NCBI GenBank assembly: GCA_030390025.1
Contig: CM059432.1
Span: 51,152,001 to 51,216,000 of the forward strand
Reading direction: 5' to 3'
Source of the DNA: Squalus acanthias
Lineage: Eukaryota
Length of the DNA: 64,000 nucleotides
Below, piece by piece: positions 23,508-36,811 of the stretch; positions within the stretch are counted from its first letter, which is position 1; each line of letters starts with the position of its first letter. The position numbers and the translations under genes are program-made. The notes beneath the pieces are model-generated. The model saw only the letters and a program-made list of their open reading frames with translations. It did not search any database and had not been told where the DNA came from.

Positions 23508-26446
23508 GGCCCCAGTTTGTGATTTGTGCCAACCATTAACGCCATGACATGTTGAAAAAACGGCGGCCAGCGCTCTTCCGCCAGCTGGTGGTGGATCCCG
23601 CGGCGGGTGCCATTGTGCAAGGCCGGTAGCGCTGCTGGTAAACGGGATCGCTGGAGGGACTTAAATCAATGAGATCATGACATCAGTGAGTGTGCAACGC
23701 TCACTTGACGCCCGATCTGCAGCATTGGATTTCACTGTTTAACTTACCGGCATGCCTAAGCAACAGACAGGGAGAGCAGGTGTTCAACAGCAGGAATGAG
23801 GCTCCAGCAGCGATATTTAAAGGGAACATCAGTAATCGGATGCACCTGACATGGTTATGCAGTTTGAGTGGCTGTGTGCTACTTTCTGCAACTCCAACAG
23901 CTTTCTTTACTTCTTTCAAGGTTCTAAGGGAACAGAGAGTGTTGTTGCAATTGCAGAACTCCTTCATTTTTTTTAAAGGCTTTTTCTCACAACACTTGCT
24001 CACAGTCATGGGGGTTGCACTGACAGTCGACCTCGCCCTCCAGGATCTACCACAGGGGGAGCGGAGGCAGCGAGGAAGACAGGAACAGGCGCGCAGAGGG
24101 AGGAGGAGGAGCGCCATGAGGGCTCTCAGCAGGAGGCCTTACCCACCTAGGGTCTTCCGACAGCACTTCTCCTACCTCCAATTAAGCAAGGAGCAGTGTC
24201 TTAGGAGGCTACACTTCACCAAGAGGTGGTCACAGAACTCTGCCACCTCCTGCAACCAGACCTGCAGTTTCAGAGCAGAGTGACCACGGCTCTCCCAGTG
24301 TTAGTGAAGGTCACCGTGACCTCAGTTTCTTCACCAGCGGAACCTTCCAGTCTGTGGCAGGAGACATATCTAACATCTCAGTTCTGAACAGAGAGAAGCA
24401 GGACGAGCATATAGCTTTGCCAGGATAGCGGGCTTCCCCATGGTGCAGGGCGCCATTGACTGAAAACACGTGGCTTTGCAGGTGCTGCATAATAATCCTG
24501 AGATCTTCCATAACCGTAAAGGCTACCACTCACTTAATGTGCAGTTGGTGTGCGACCACGCACAGTGAATCCTCAATGCCCGCTATCCTGGCAGCAGCCA
24601 TGATGCCTTCATCCTGCGCCAGTCCGGTGTGCCAGCAATCTTCCAGCCACCACAGCAAACTTGAGGGTGGCTGCTCGGAGACAGGGGCTATCCACTCTCT
24701 ACCTGGGCAATGGCGGAGTGGCAGTGGTGGGAACAGGAATAATGTCATCTTGAGAGAGGAGAGCAGGTTCCTGCTCCACTGACTCACTGCCACTCCCCCG
24801 GGGCGGCACCTCAGCATTCCTAGCAATCTGCTGGAGCACAGATTGCTGGGCTGCGGCGACACTCTGCATGCCCCGGTTGACAGTGGTAAACCCAACCAAG
24901 GTGGCAGCAGTCAGAGCTTGGGTGGCTTCAAGATGAGACTGCATGAGAGCGGTCTGAGCTTCTGCTGTAGCACTAAGATGTTGGGTCGCTTCCACCTGTG
25001 TTGTAATGGAAGCTGCAACATTGCTCATCATGCGCACCATCACGTCAGGGGCACCATGGTCTCTCTGGGAGCGTACAATCATTTCCAGGCTGGAAATCCT
25101 GGACTCCATGCTCTGTGCAGAGCCGCGTGCAATGTTAGAGGCGGACTCCTCCACGCTCCTTAACATTGCCGAGAGGCTCTCTGGCAGCCTTGCCATTGCA
25201 CCCATCAATTCGGTGTGCATGCCCATCACCCTTCTTCTGAAGGCCTCCCCATCGAGGTCCTCATCTGAGTCCTGTGCAGCAGCACTCATGCGCGAACTTG
25301 CGCTCCGGGGAGCTGACCCCCAAACTACACTTTCCCCCTGGCCTTGCTGCAGCCCACTCGTGCCCGGTGCCTCACCCTGTGTAAGGTCGGAAATGGGGAT
25401 GTTCGCTGATGACTGCACAGTGTTCAGTGCCATTCACAACCCCTCAGATAATGAAGCAGTCCATGCCCGCATGCAACAAGACCTGGACGACATTCAGGCT
25501 TGGGCTGATAAGTGGCAGGTAACATTCGCGCCACAGAAGTAGAAATGCATTCATACAGCATGAGTAGCTTGAAAGTGAGAAAAGATTGTGGGCTGAGGGG
25601 GAAGTGGGATGTGAGAAGATGGATTAGGCATGAACATACCGTTGTTGTCCCCAAGGGGGTCAACATCGCTGGTTGCCACGGCGTCGATGACGTGATGCAC
25701 AATGATCTGGAGTCATCGCTCCTCCAGCTGCCTTAGTTCTTGAAAGCCCACCTGGCCCCTGCCTGTCTGTTGCTGCACGCGGTGATTATGTGCCACCTTT
25801 GCCTGCAAGAGAAAGAGAAGGTTGAGTGAGTTTAGTACAATGTGTTTGGGTGATGTGCCTGTCAGTGTGTGCAAGGTGCAAGTGTTGCAGCAGTGGTAAG
25901 GTTGTGAGGCTGAAGTGAAGCTCTGATTGGGAGGTGTGTGGCGATAGCTGGAGATTGTTGGAAGGTGAGTGCTAGGGGTGTGGTGCATTGAGCAGTCTGT
26001 GAGGCTTGTGGTGCAGATGGTGCTATGTGGCATTTGCTGAAGCCTCCACGTGAGGTCATTAAGCTTCTTCCTGTACTGGGTGGGGGTCCTGGGGACCAGA
26101 TTGCTGGCTGTGACATGATCCCCAATCTCACGCCATGTGGTTTGGGAAGTGTAGGACGAGGGCTTCTTGCCAGTTTGTGGGGGGTTGTTCCTCCTCCTCC
26201 CCTTTAAATAGTGGAAAAAGCCTGTGGCAAACATGACTGTGAATTAGACTGGCCCCGATATTGGTCCACCTGTTGAGCATTAAGCCAAACAGCATCAGTT
26301 TCAGTGCTAGAATCATGACTCCAATCATGTTAATGAAGAGTGAGCATGAATTTTGTGAGCTACCTAGACCATTTTCAGGTGGAGCAGCATAAACTTATTT
26401 GGTCTTAACACTGCCCATTTCGTGGCTATATCCAATTTTTAGCCCA
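23508..26446. mobile_element. Degenerate two-gene Harbinger element
   Basis: Transposase pseudogene + (~24008-24700); convergent Myb/SANT gene - (exons near 26130-26050, 25800-25640, 25380-24700); right terminus reads GGGCTAAAAATTGG on the minus strand. Confidence 0.8.
25381..25535 (+). mobile_element. Internal RT fragment of LINE family B inside the Harbinger Myb gene
   Basis: VRSEMGMFADDCTVFSAIHN...QAWADKWQVTFAP, near-identical to 13208-13360. Confidence 0.85.
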
Positions 26447-27029
26447 AAGTATCCAGGGAAAATTGCCTCTCAGCCTACCCAACCCCCGTCTCTGGGAAAA
26501 CAAGCACAAGTCCCCAACAGAAAATACACTGAAACTGGAAAAAGCTTCTAACAAAGGACAATTATAAATAATTTGAAAATGCCTTTGCTTTTGGAAAACT
26601 GGTCCCAATATTTTGGAGAGGACAGTAAATAGAATAACTTCTTGCCAAGGACTAATCAGGTTTGCAAGTAATTTATTGCTATTTCCAATTTGCATAGGTC
26701 GATAAACAGAAAAAGTAAGAAAAAAGATCTTGCTTATTGTTTTTTGAACTTTCTGTCCAAAAACGTTATGCCACTCATCAACAATGGGAATTTTTCATGG
26801 TACAGTCTTTAGGAGAAAGTATTTATTTTGTTTAGAGAAAGAAATATGACGTGTATCTTTTGCCATGATGGCACCATGCACAAGTGATGCAATAATTAAT
26901 TTTTATATTATTTATATAAATGTTTATGTTTATATATATATATATATATTTATGTTTGTGGATGACTAAAAAGGTTTGCCAAATACCTTTTTGATGAGGA
27001 TGGTGCCCCTTTAATGAAGTAATGCTTGG

Positions 27030-28270
27030 ACTTTTTTTTATTTGTTCATGGGATGTGGGCGCAGCTGGCAAGGCCAGCATTTATTGACCATCCCTAATTG
27101 CCCTCGAAAAGATGGTGGTGAGCTGCCTTCTTGAACTGCTGCAGTCCGTGTGGTGAAGGTACTCCCACAGTGCTGTTAGGGAGGGAGTTCCAGGATTTTG
27201 ACCCAGCGACAATGAAGGAACGGCGATATACTTCCAAGTCAGGATGGTGTGTGACTTGGAGGTGGTGGTGTTCCCATGCGCCTGCTGCCGTTGTCCTTCT
27301 AGGTGGAAGAGGTCGTGCGTTTGGAGGTGCTGCCGAAGAAGCCTTGGCGAGTTGCTGCAGTGCATCTTGTAGATGGTACACACTGCAGCCACGGTTTGCC
27401 GGTGGTGGAGAGAGTGAATGTTTAAGGTGGTGGATGTGGTGCCAATCAAGCGGGCTGCTTTGTCCTGGATGGCGTCGAGCTTCTTAAGTGTTGTTGGAGC
27501 TGCACTCATCCAGACAAGTGGAGAGTATTCCATCACACTCCTTACTTGTGTCTTGTAGATAGTGGAAAGGCTTTGGGGAGTCAGGAGGTGAGACACTCGC
27601 CGCAGAATACCTAGCCTCTGACCTGCTCTTGTTGCTACAGTATTTATGTGGCTGGTCCAGTTAAGTTTCTGGTCAATGGTGAACCCCAGGATATTGATGG
27701 TGGGGAATTCAGTGATGGTAATGCCGTTGAATGTCAAGGGGCGGTGGTTAGACTGTCACTTGTTAGAGATAGTCATTGCCTGGCACTTGTGTGGCATGAA
27801 TATTACTTGCCACTTATCAGTCCAAGCCTGAATGTTCTCTAGGTTTTGCTGCATGCGGGCATGGACTGCTTCTTTATCTGAGGAGTTGCGAATGGAACTG
27901 AATACTGTGCAATCATCAGCGAACATCCTCACTTCTGACCTTATGATGGAGGGAAGGTCATTGATGAAGCAGCTGAAGATGGTTGGGTCTAGGACACTGC
28001 CCTGAGGAAATCCTGCAGTGATGTCCCGGGGCTGAGATGATTGACCTCCAACAACCACAACCATCTTCCTTTGTGTTAGGTATGACTCCAGTCAGTGGAG
28101 AGTTTTCCCCCTGATTCCCATTTACTTCAATTCTACTAGGGCTCCTTGATGCCAGACTCAGTCAAATGCTGCCTTGATGTCAAGTGCAGTCACTCTCACC
28201 TCACCTCTGGAATTCAGCTCTTTTGTCCATGTTTGGACCAAGGTTGTAATGAGGTCTGGAGCCGAGTGCT
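27030..28270 (-). mobile_element. 5'-truncated LINE family B
   Basis: ORFs 27081..27737, 27756..28064, 28158..28400; family B tail. Confidence 0.92.
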
Positions 28271-28634
28271 GCACCGCATTTGCATTATAATAATGCCATA
28301 GACAAGCAGCATGGTAACCACCGCCCTCAACATCTTTTTGCCAGGCCCCCACCCCCCCCTTCCGCAGACTGTTTGTCACAGGAGGACCCATTTCCCTCAC
28401 TGTGCCAGGCTGATTCCCCTCCCCACTAATCTACTTGTGCCAGGGTGACCTGCTTCCACACTCTTGTCTGTCTGGTTTCGGGGGTGGTCGTCTGGTGATT
28501 TTGACTGAATTACAGTTAACTATACATACAAACTCTATGAAATCATTTTGTTTGTAGTTTTATAATGCATCATTAGGTGGTGAGTGTCATTTCTGTTGAT
28601 TCTCATAAAAATTATGACATTCGTTATATCCACA

Positions 28635-28758
28635 TTATTGTTGACTGCGTGATGGTTGATGGAGGTTAATCTCTACACATCTTCCACTAGTAGAAGCAAC
28701 AAAGTCGTCACACCAGTTTTCTTGAAACGCGGAGATAGCACGGCAATCATTAATAAAT
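28635..28758 (-). CDS. Possible terminal exon of an unidentified minus-strand gene
   Basis: Acceptor tttatttttcacag|, 40 open codons FINDCRAISAFQENWCDDFVASTSGRCVEINLHQPSRSQQ*, non-repetitive context; no family recognised. Confidence 0.25.
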
Positions 28759-29160
28759 CTGTGAAAAATAAATGACTTGGGCACTGATGTGAAGAAAAAG
28801 ATTTTCTGAATAGACCATATAGACAGTGGGTACAAAAAACTGACTTTCCTGAACAGTGTTACTGTATTATTTATAAACAGTATCTGAATGCGCTTCAATA
28901 ATGTGACAACACATCCGTGGTAATTATACATACATTTCTTTTGCATTTGTAGTGTATATGTGCAATTATCAAAATACAGGCTGCTAAAATGTTTTGCCTT
29001 GCTACGCTGCACAACCTACATTTTCCATCCTGGCTACTTTGCTGTGCTCCCACCCTGTGTGTCCCCAGATTTGGTGTAGAAAATATGGTCACCCCACCTT
29101 AACCTTCTCAGCTCTAAGGAGAAGAATCCAAGCTTCTCTAGTCTCTACCAGACAGATAAT

Positions 29161-29904
29161 GGCCCAGAAATTGATCTCGCTCTGTTCCCGCGGGGGTAAG
29201 CCTTCCCCGCGATGTCTCACCTCGCTTATGCTTTTTCTGATCCAGCTCGCACGAACTTGATGTTCCAGACATCAGCTGTGCTGGGCTTGCGTATCCCAGC
29301 GGCGCAGTTAATTCGTGCGAGCTGTGGGATCACGTGACTCAGTTAGAGCCAATGGCAGCACACCATCTTCCATTCATAAGTCTCACAGCATGGTTGAGAG
29401 ACTTATGAATCTTACACCCCCCCAAAATAACAGCTAAACCGCAATTAAATTAAAAAAAAAACCCATCACATTAATAAAATAAGTATAGTTAATTAAATTA
29501 ACCATTTTAAATAAAAAATTAAATTTTTGAAAAAATTTAAAATCTTTTAAAAAGTTATAAAAATAAACTTACCTGTCTTTAAAGTCTATAAAAAAGATAT
29601 ACCTGTAAAAAAAAATTCAAAAAAATACTTAATTCACTACTTACCTTCTTAAAAGCGGGTCTTACTCCTCCTTTTTACATTTCTAAAATCTTCCCTACTT
29701 ACCTGCGCGTCCAAAGCATGAAGTGCACAGCGTGCGCGCAGCCTGTAGCGCGCACGCGATGCACTCAGGCCCCGCCCCCTTTTCGGAAGAGCAATTGCCG
29801 GTTTTCAGCGCATGCGCAGGGCATGCAGAAAACCGGCAATTGGAGTGGGAATACGCGAGAGTATGCAGTGCGTACTCTCGCGTCCCGGGATCAATTTTCG
29901 GCCC
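29161..29904. mobile_element. Hairpin-rich MITE, uninterrupted copy
   Basis: TIR GGCCCAGAAATTGATC vs GGGCCGAAAATTGATC; collinear with 36990-37367 joined to 41453-41818. Confidence 0.9.
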
Positions 29905-32709
29905 ATTATACTCTAACCTATCGTAGATGATTATGGCCTAGAGATTTGATAAGGCCCGAAAACGGGCAGTGGCACCACGGGGCGAGATTTGCTCGTGCCT
30001 GTTCAGACAGCGCAGGCAGCACGTTAATTTGGTGCTGCCTGCTGATTTGAATGATTTTAGTGCACAGCCCAGCAACGAACGCGTTGCTTCAGACTGTGCG
30101 CTCAGCAGGAAGCCCAATGCCATGTCGCTGTAGCGTCGCTGTAGCGACGCAGCATTCTCTTACAGCAAGGCTGTCATTTTTGAAAGCAGTCGCGCGCCCT
30201 TAAAGGTGAACTGCATTCTGAAAAATGAAATTAAAAATCGTTCAAAAATAAGCAGTCTCTAGCCCTTAAAGCTGAACTGCCTGCTGAAAAAAACCCATTA
30301 AAAATCATTCCAAACTAGGCAGTCGTCAGCTCTTAAAGCTGAACTGCCTTCTGCATGTAAAAAATGGTAAAAGTGCTTTAGTACTAACACAGATGGATCA
30401 ACAGGCCATGGAATGGCCACCCAGGGTTTCGCACGCAGCACTCCAGCTTTGTGCAGGGGGTCAACACTGCAAGAGAGGTCCTCTACTTACAGGGCACCAG
30501 GTGGCCCTCCAGAAAGAAGGATGTGGGACCAGATCACTGAGGCAGTCACTGCCAGCAGTGTTGCCCCCACCACCTGGCTCCAGTGCCCAAAGAAGCTTCA
30601 TGGCCTCAGACAAGTGGTAAAGGTCAGTGAATGCATCTTCAAAAGCCATCTCCTACCAACTGAAGCACTAGCCTCAAACACTGCTCAATGTACGACCCCC
30701 CCCCACCCCTTCCTTCACCTCTCAACAATCTCTACCAAACACGGGGCACACCTCACATTCCTAGCTTCACCTCACCCTCTTGGAGGAGACGGTGCTGGCC
30801 ATTCTTGGCAAAGTCTTGGCTGTGCCCTTGGCCAACGGTGAGGCTGAAAGAATACAAGATGCTGGTATCCTCATAAGTTATCCTCCTTCTCACATCCCAT
30901 TTCCACCTCATCCCACAATATCTTCTGATTTACAAGCTGCACATGGTGTAAGCATGCACCTCTTGCTTTACCACCCTCCCCTCACCACAACCCTACCCTT
31001 GTGCCTTCCTCATTTCAGACACCCAAGAAATCCAGTCTGCCCAGCCAGTGTTGACCAAGAAGAGGGAGAGGAGAGTGAAGAAGAAGAAACACCGACACTC
31101 GATTTCACACTCCCAGCCACCAGCTCCTCGATGTCATCCTGCAAGGCCATCTACAGTGTCCCCCATTGAAAGTCGGCAGCCTTCCACCAGCCATGCTGCA
31201 GCCACTGGGGTAGCACTGCATGACATCACTAGGATAGGCAAAGGCACACGCAGGACAGTCACTAAAGGAATGCATAATACTAGCAGGCACCAGCTCAGAA
31301 AATGGCACTGTGCGAACTTTAGAAAGTAGTATAGAGGCGGTATCTGCACATGGTGATTCACTGGGCAAGAGTGGGCTGCAGCCAGTGAGGGGGAAAGGGT
31401 AGCTCGGGTGCCAGCTCCCCAGAGGGCGAGTTTGTGCATGTGTTCTGCTGCACAGGATTCAGATGATGACCTCAATGGGGTGGCCTTCAGAAGAAGGGTG
31501 ATGGGCATGCAGACAGAAATGCTAAGTGCAATGGCAAGCCTACCAGATTTAATAAGCATGGAGGAGTATTGCTCCAACATTGCATAGGTCTTTGCACGGT
31601 GCTTGGAGCTCATGATTTCCAGAATTTGAAATGATGGGAAAATCCACGAGAGACTTTGTGGACCTAGCCATGAGGCTGGGTGTGATGGGCGATGTCGCAG
31701 CTTCCATTGTAGCACAGGCGGATTTGACCCAACGTCTCAGTGCTGCAGTGGAAGCTCAGACTGCTGCCATCGTGGCTGGGTTTACAAGTGTGGGAAGTGG
31801 CTTGCAGGGTCTCACAGAAGTCTAGCAAACTGTCTCCCAGTAGATGGCTAGGAATCCTGAGGCGCCGCTCCGGGGTAGTGGCAGTGGCTCCGGGAGCAAC
31901 AATCTGCTGTCCGCTCTCAGAATGACAGCATTTCTACTCACAGCATTTCTACTCCCACCACTGCCCTTGCCATCCAGGCTGCTGCCGCCCATGCCGAGGT
32001 GTTGCAGTCTACAGCCGAGCCTTCTAGGCCCAGAGCAGCTCGAGGTTGTCCTGCAAGGCCATCTGCAGTCTCCCCCACTGAAATCAGCAGCATTCCACCA
32101 GCCTCTGGGGGAGCACTTCGTAGCAGCACCAGATTAGGAAAAGGAACATGAAAGATAGACATGAAAGAAAGGCCGCGATTTTGCCAGTGCTCAGAGGGCA
32201 GGTTTGGAGGTGGGTCCGGAGTTAAAATCAGAATGATTGATGGCGGGTTTCGAACCCGCTGCCATCCCACCTCCACGCAACTTTACAAAGTGTCGGGTCT
32301 GCGAGTTCCAATCAGACCCGACACCAAGTGGCGGGAGAGCCACTTAAGGCAGTTAACAGCTTGTTAACTGCCTAGATAATCCTATTTTCAGAGGCTCTTC
32401 CCATTTTGCTACATTTTCAGTGTGTTCCACGTCATGCAACAAACACGCCAGCTGATTGTGCCGGGTTCAGCAACTAGCTGAATACTTGACAGCTGCTCCT
32501 GCAGCATAAAAGCGGACCTGTAACATGGCTGACTTTCAGATGGCAGAACATCCTGTTTTGAGGTTTCGGAACACATTTTGCAGGTCTATTGAGCTTTTAA
32601 GTATTTAAGCTGAAATCCATATGCACTGTGACCTCCTTGGAAAACCCTCTCCCCACATTGACTGAGTGCTTATAACATCTGTTCCTCAACTGAGATATAT
32701 ACCAGCAGA

Positions 32710-33944
32710 ATGGGAACCATTTATACCCTCTCATCCTGGTCCTCAGAATCGGAGGAAGAGCAGCTGCAGCAGCAGAACGAGGCACAACAGCAGCAGCAAC
32801 AACAGGAGCGCCAACCTTCTCCTCAGCCACCCAATGCTGCACAGGGCAGAGGGTGTCAGCGCAGGGCTGCACCTCGCTGCAGGAGATACCCCCAACACAG
32901 GGTTTACAGGCCGAGGATGAGCATCCTCAACATGAGTGAGCAGCAGTGTCAAAGGAGGCTGAGACTTTCACGAGAGGTAGTCGCTGACATTTGCACAATG
33001 CTGCACCAACACCTGGAGCCCCGAGGAGCGTGTGGACACTCCTTACCAGTGGCTGTCAAAGTCACCACCGCACTCAACTTCTTTGCTTCAGGGTCCTCCC
33101 AGGGATCAGCAGCAGACATCAGCGGCATCTCCCAGTCGGCTGCACACACTTGCATTACGCAGGTTACCGATACCCTCTTTGCAAAGGCGCACAATTACAT
33201 CCACTTCTCCACGGATGAAGCAAGTCTAACCGCGCGTGCGGTTGGCTTTGCAAATATGGCAGGCTTCCCAAGGGTGCAGGGCGTCGTAGACTGCACACAT
33301 GTGGCCATTAGGGCACCCCATCACAACCCAGCTGTACTTGTGAACCGCAAGGGCTTCCACTCCCTTAACGTCCAGCTGGTGTGTAACCACAGGAAGAACA
33401 TTATGCATGTTTGCGCCAAGTTCCCTGGCAGTTGCCATGACTCGTTCATCCTGCGCCAGTCTACTGTGCCTCAGCTGTGCAATCCGCCAACCCAACTTTC
33501 CGGACGGCTACTTGGAGACAAGGGCTATCCCCTGAAGACATGGCTAATGACACCGATGGGGAGGCCATCAAACGAAGCTGAGGAGCGATACAATGTGAGC
33601 AACATTTCCACCAGAAGCATCATAGAGCAAATCATCAGCTTGCTCAAAATGTGATTCAGATGCCTCGACAGATCTGGTGGAGCCCTGCAGTACGTACCAG
33701 CCAGGGTCTCCAGAATCATCGTGGTCTGCTGTGCCCTGCACAACATCACACAGCAGCGTGGCTTAGCGCTGCCTGGGGAACAAGTGGCTCAGCGGACAGT
33801 TCTTCGGAAGAGGAGGATGAGGAGGAGGAGGAGGCGACAGATGAGGAAGACCTTGCGGAGGCGGATGTGCCAGTCTCACCAGCACATGACCACATTGCTG
33901 GCCGTAAGCCAAGGGATGCACTAATCCATGCCAGATTTGCGTAA
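32710..33944 (+). pseudogene. HARBI1-like DDE transposase of element A
   Basis: [33 protein letters not shown]; premature TGA at 33652 and a later frameshift; N-terminal poly-Q. Confidence 0.9.
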
Positions 33945-34241
33945 GTTTACGCATCAAACACACATGGCTGGCACATGGAAATGAATATCTGGTCAACCTT
34001 CTTAACACACCAAACAGCATCTGTACAATAAACTGTGGTTTCCTATCACTCACACCACCATCATTACAGATGAAAGGCGCCCTGACCCCTCACTGTGCAA
34101 CTTCCATTTCTGAGCACACATAGGCCAACTCTTTGAATCTTTGCCATCGCATTTCTTTAATACAATTGAAATAACGTTGAGAAACATAAATTTGTATTAG
34201 ATCAAAACATCCAAGTGACTACCCATGTGACTATTTGAGTG

Positions 34242-36144
34242 TTAACTTTCTCTTACACGTGCTTCTACATGGTGCTTCCCCTGTGGCTTCAGCAGATGTA
34301 GAGGCACCTTGCTCACTTCTATGCTGTGCCTGCTTAGACGCCTTTGGCAGGCGTCCTCTGGGTTTGGGAGCCTGGTAGGGCTCCGCAACAGTCTGCTCCT
34401 CCTACGGCTGTGCAGCGGCTGAGACGGCCATCTCAGTTGGGTGAGGAATCTAGGGCTATGACCGAGGGCTCCGCAGTGGCATGGGAGTGTGAGCACTTGG
34501 AGAGGAGCCCACACTTCATTGCTGTCGACCACCAACATCCCTCTCATGGGTCACCCGCACTTCACTGCTAGCAAGTAGCTGGAGAGCACCTTGCTGCACA
34601 TCAGTGGGGCCATGAGGACCCATCTCTGTACTGACAGTCCTCATAACGGGGACGTCCATGTACCTTTGGTTCCTCTCCTCAATAGATGCCCATCTATCCC
34701 CCATAGCAGACCATCTATTTAGAAGAGTCACCATGTTCATTTGAGTCTGGCGATTTATGTCCTCCATGGAGGTTGCCATCCTTTCCATGGCAGCACCTAC
34801 ATTCGCCATTGCGTGCACCACGGCATTGCTCATGTTTGAGATGGACTCCTCCATTCTTTTCACACTCGCAGTTACCGTGGTTGCAAACCCTGTCAGAGAT
34901 TCCTGCACTTGTTCCTGAAGTTCCAGCACCGCTCTCTTTCTGGATGGCCCCAGAGGCACAGTGTCCACATGCAGCTGAGCAGAGTTAGGAGCGTCCAGCG
35001 CCCTCTGACGAGGACTCTCCTCTGCTGTCCCTGTCGCCACCATCTGCTGATGCTCACTTGTGAGCTGTGATACACTAGGTGACAACACTACTCTATCTCA
35101 CAAAGGACCCACCGAAGTGTGTGTCTCTGCACTGGTGCTGGGTGAGCTCATTTCTGCTGACGCTGCTCCTTCAGAGGCTGCAGCTTCCTCTGAGGAGTCT
35201 TCCAGCTCTTCCTCCTGGACAGTGGGGAGGAGGGCTCTCGATGGTCTTGTGGGGGAGTAAAGGCATGAGTCAGACATGTGATATTAATGTAGCAGACACA
35301 TCCCATTGTGCAGATGATCAGAACTAAATCTGTATGAACATCAGATACCATATCAGTCACTCATGCAATCTAATGAGAGGGTTGCAAATCTATTCTGTCA
35401 CCAGCTTGCTCTACTGCGCCCATCTCTCCGTCTCCCACTTCCAGCTCCTCTGCACCTCCGACGATCTCGATAGCACCCTCCTCAGCGTTGGTTAAATGCA
35501 CCATGGAAGGTGGCCCTCCTCCTGTCCTCCCCCTTTCCCTCTTATTGTGGGCTCTCTTTTCCTGCAATGTGGGACACAGGTGGAGTTTGAGTGAGAATGT
35601 TGGAGTCAGTGTAGAGAATCCATAGCATAGATACTTAGAGGGAGACAAAGATGGAGTGTGTTGCCAATACCAAGGGTCCTCCCTGTGTGTTGTTAGTTGT
35701 TGTCATTGCATAACAGTGATAGCGAGTGTGAGGGGTGCATAGTAGAATGGTGGAGTGATTCTGTACATAGAGAGAGAGGGATGGTTAAGGGTGCAAGGGA
35801 TGTAAGGGTAAGTTGGGATGTGCAGGAGTAGGTTGACAATGCAGAGTGCTGGTGATGAGAAGAAATGGGGAGCAGATTGAAGGTAAGTGTGATGTTATAC
35901 TCACTTTTGTTGAGCGTAGCAGATCATTGAACCTTTTCCTGCACTGAACCCAGGTGTGTGAGCACAAAGACCTGGCGCTCACCTCCTCAGCAATTTGCAG
36001 CCAGGCTGCCTTGGTTTGCTGAGGAAGCTTCCTCCATCCATTAGAGGGGAACAGAACCTCCTTGCGCCCTCTCACTCCCTCCACAAGAGCATGGAAGGAG
36101 TCATCATCAAATCTGGGAGAAGCCTTGGCTCTTGAAGCAGTCAT
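34242..36144 (-). pseudogene. Three-exon Myb/SANT DNA-binding gene of element A
   Basis: Exon 1 36144-35905 (PRFDDD...WLQIAEEV...QCRKRFNDL, donor GTGAGT); exon 2 35561-35402 (RTGGGPP); exon 3 from ~35246 with damaged acceptor and stops. Confidence 0.85.
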
Positions 36145-36160
36145 CTCGCTATCAGTAAGA

Positions 36161-36811
36161 AGTCACACAACACCAGGTTATAGTCCAACAGTTTTATTTG
36201 AAATCACAAGCTTTCGGAGCTGTGCTCCTTCGTCAGGCGGCCTTCGAGACACATGACAACGCAAAATCGTCGAGCAGAAACTGATAGCCAAGATCCGCAC
36301 CCATGAGGACGGCCTCAACCGGGATCTTGGGTTCATGTCATGCTACATGTAACCCCACCTGACGTAGAGTCATCCAGACTCGAGTCGTCGTTGGCTTGTT
36401 CTCTCTACACCGATGCGGCCGGACCTGCTGTGATTTCCAGCAAAAAAAGTTTTTTGTTTTCCATACAGACCCCAGCATCTGCCACATTTGACCCCTTGTG
36501 ACCCCACCTCATTGTCTTTGATGTAATGTTTTCCTGACTGACCTGTTTGGACACCATCCACACCTTTGATTGCCGTGATTATCTCTCTGCTGAGGTGTGA
36601 TAAAGGGCAGTTAGAAAGATTAACTGTAATCATCTGGCAGTGTTCTCTGACTATATGTGCTGTGCCTATATACATCTCTTCACTTCACCTGACGAAGGAG
36701 CAGCGCTCCGAAAGCTTGTGATTTCAAATAAAACTGTTGGACTATAACCTGGTGTTGTGCGACTTCTCACATTTGTCCACCCCAGTCCAACACCGGCATC
36801 TCCGCATCATT
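36161..36811 (+). mobile_element. Penelope-like 3' remnant with inverted pseudo-LTR
   Basis: QRKIVEQKLIAKIRTHEDGLNRDLGFM (GIY-YIG C-terminus); 36158-36237 is the inverted copy of 36688-36767; flanking repeat GCTATCAGTAAGA / GCTATTAGTAAGA. Confidence 0.88.
36685..36721 (+). ncRNA. Minimal type I hammerhead ribozyme
   Basis: TCAC-CTGACGA-a-GGAGC-agc-GCTCC-GAAA-GCTT-GTGA: stems I and II intact, palindromic AAGCTT in place of stem III. Confidence 0.8.
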
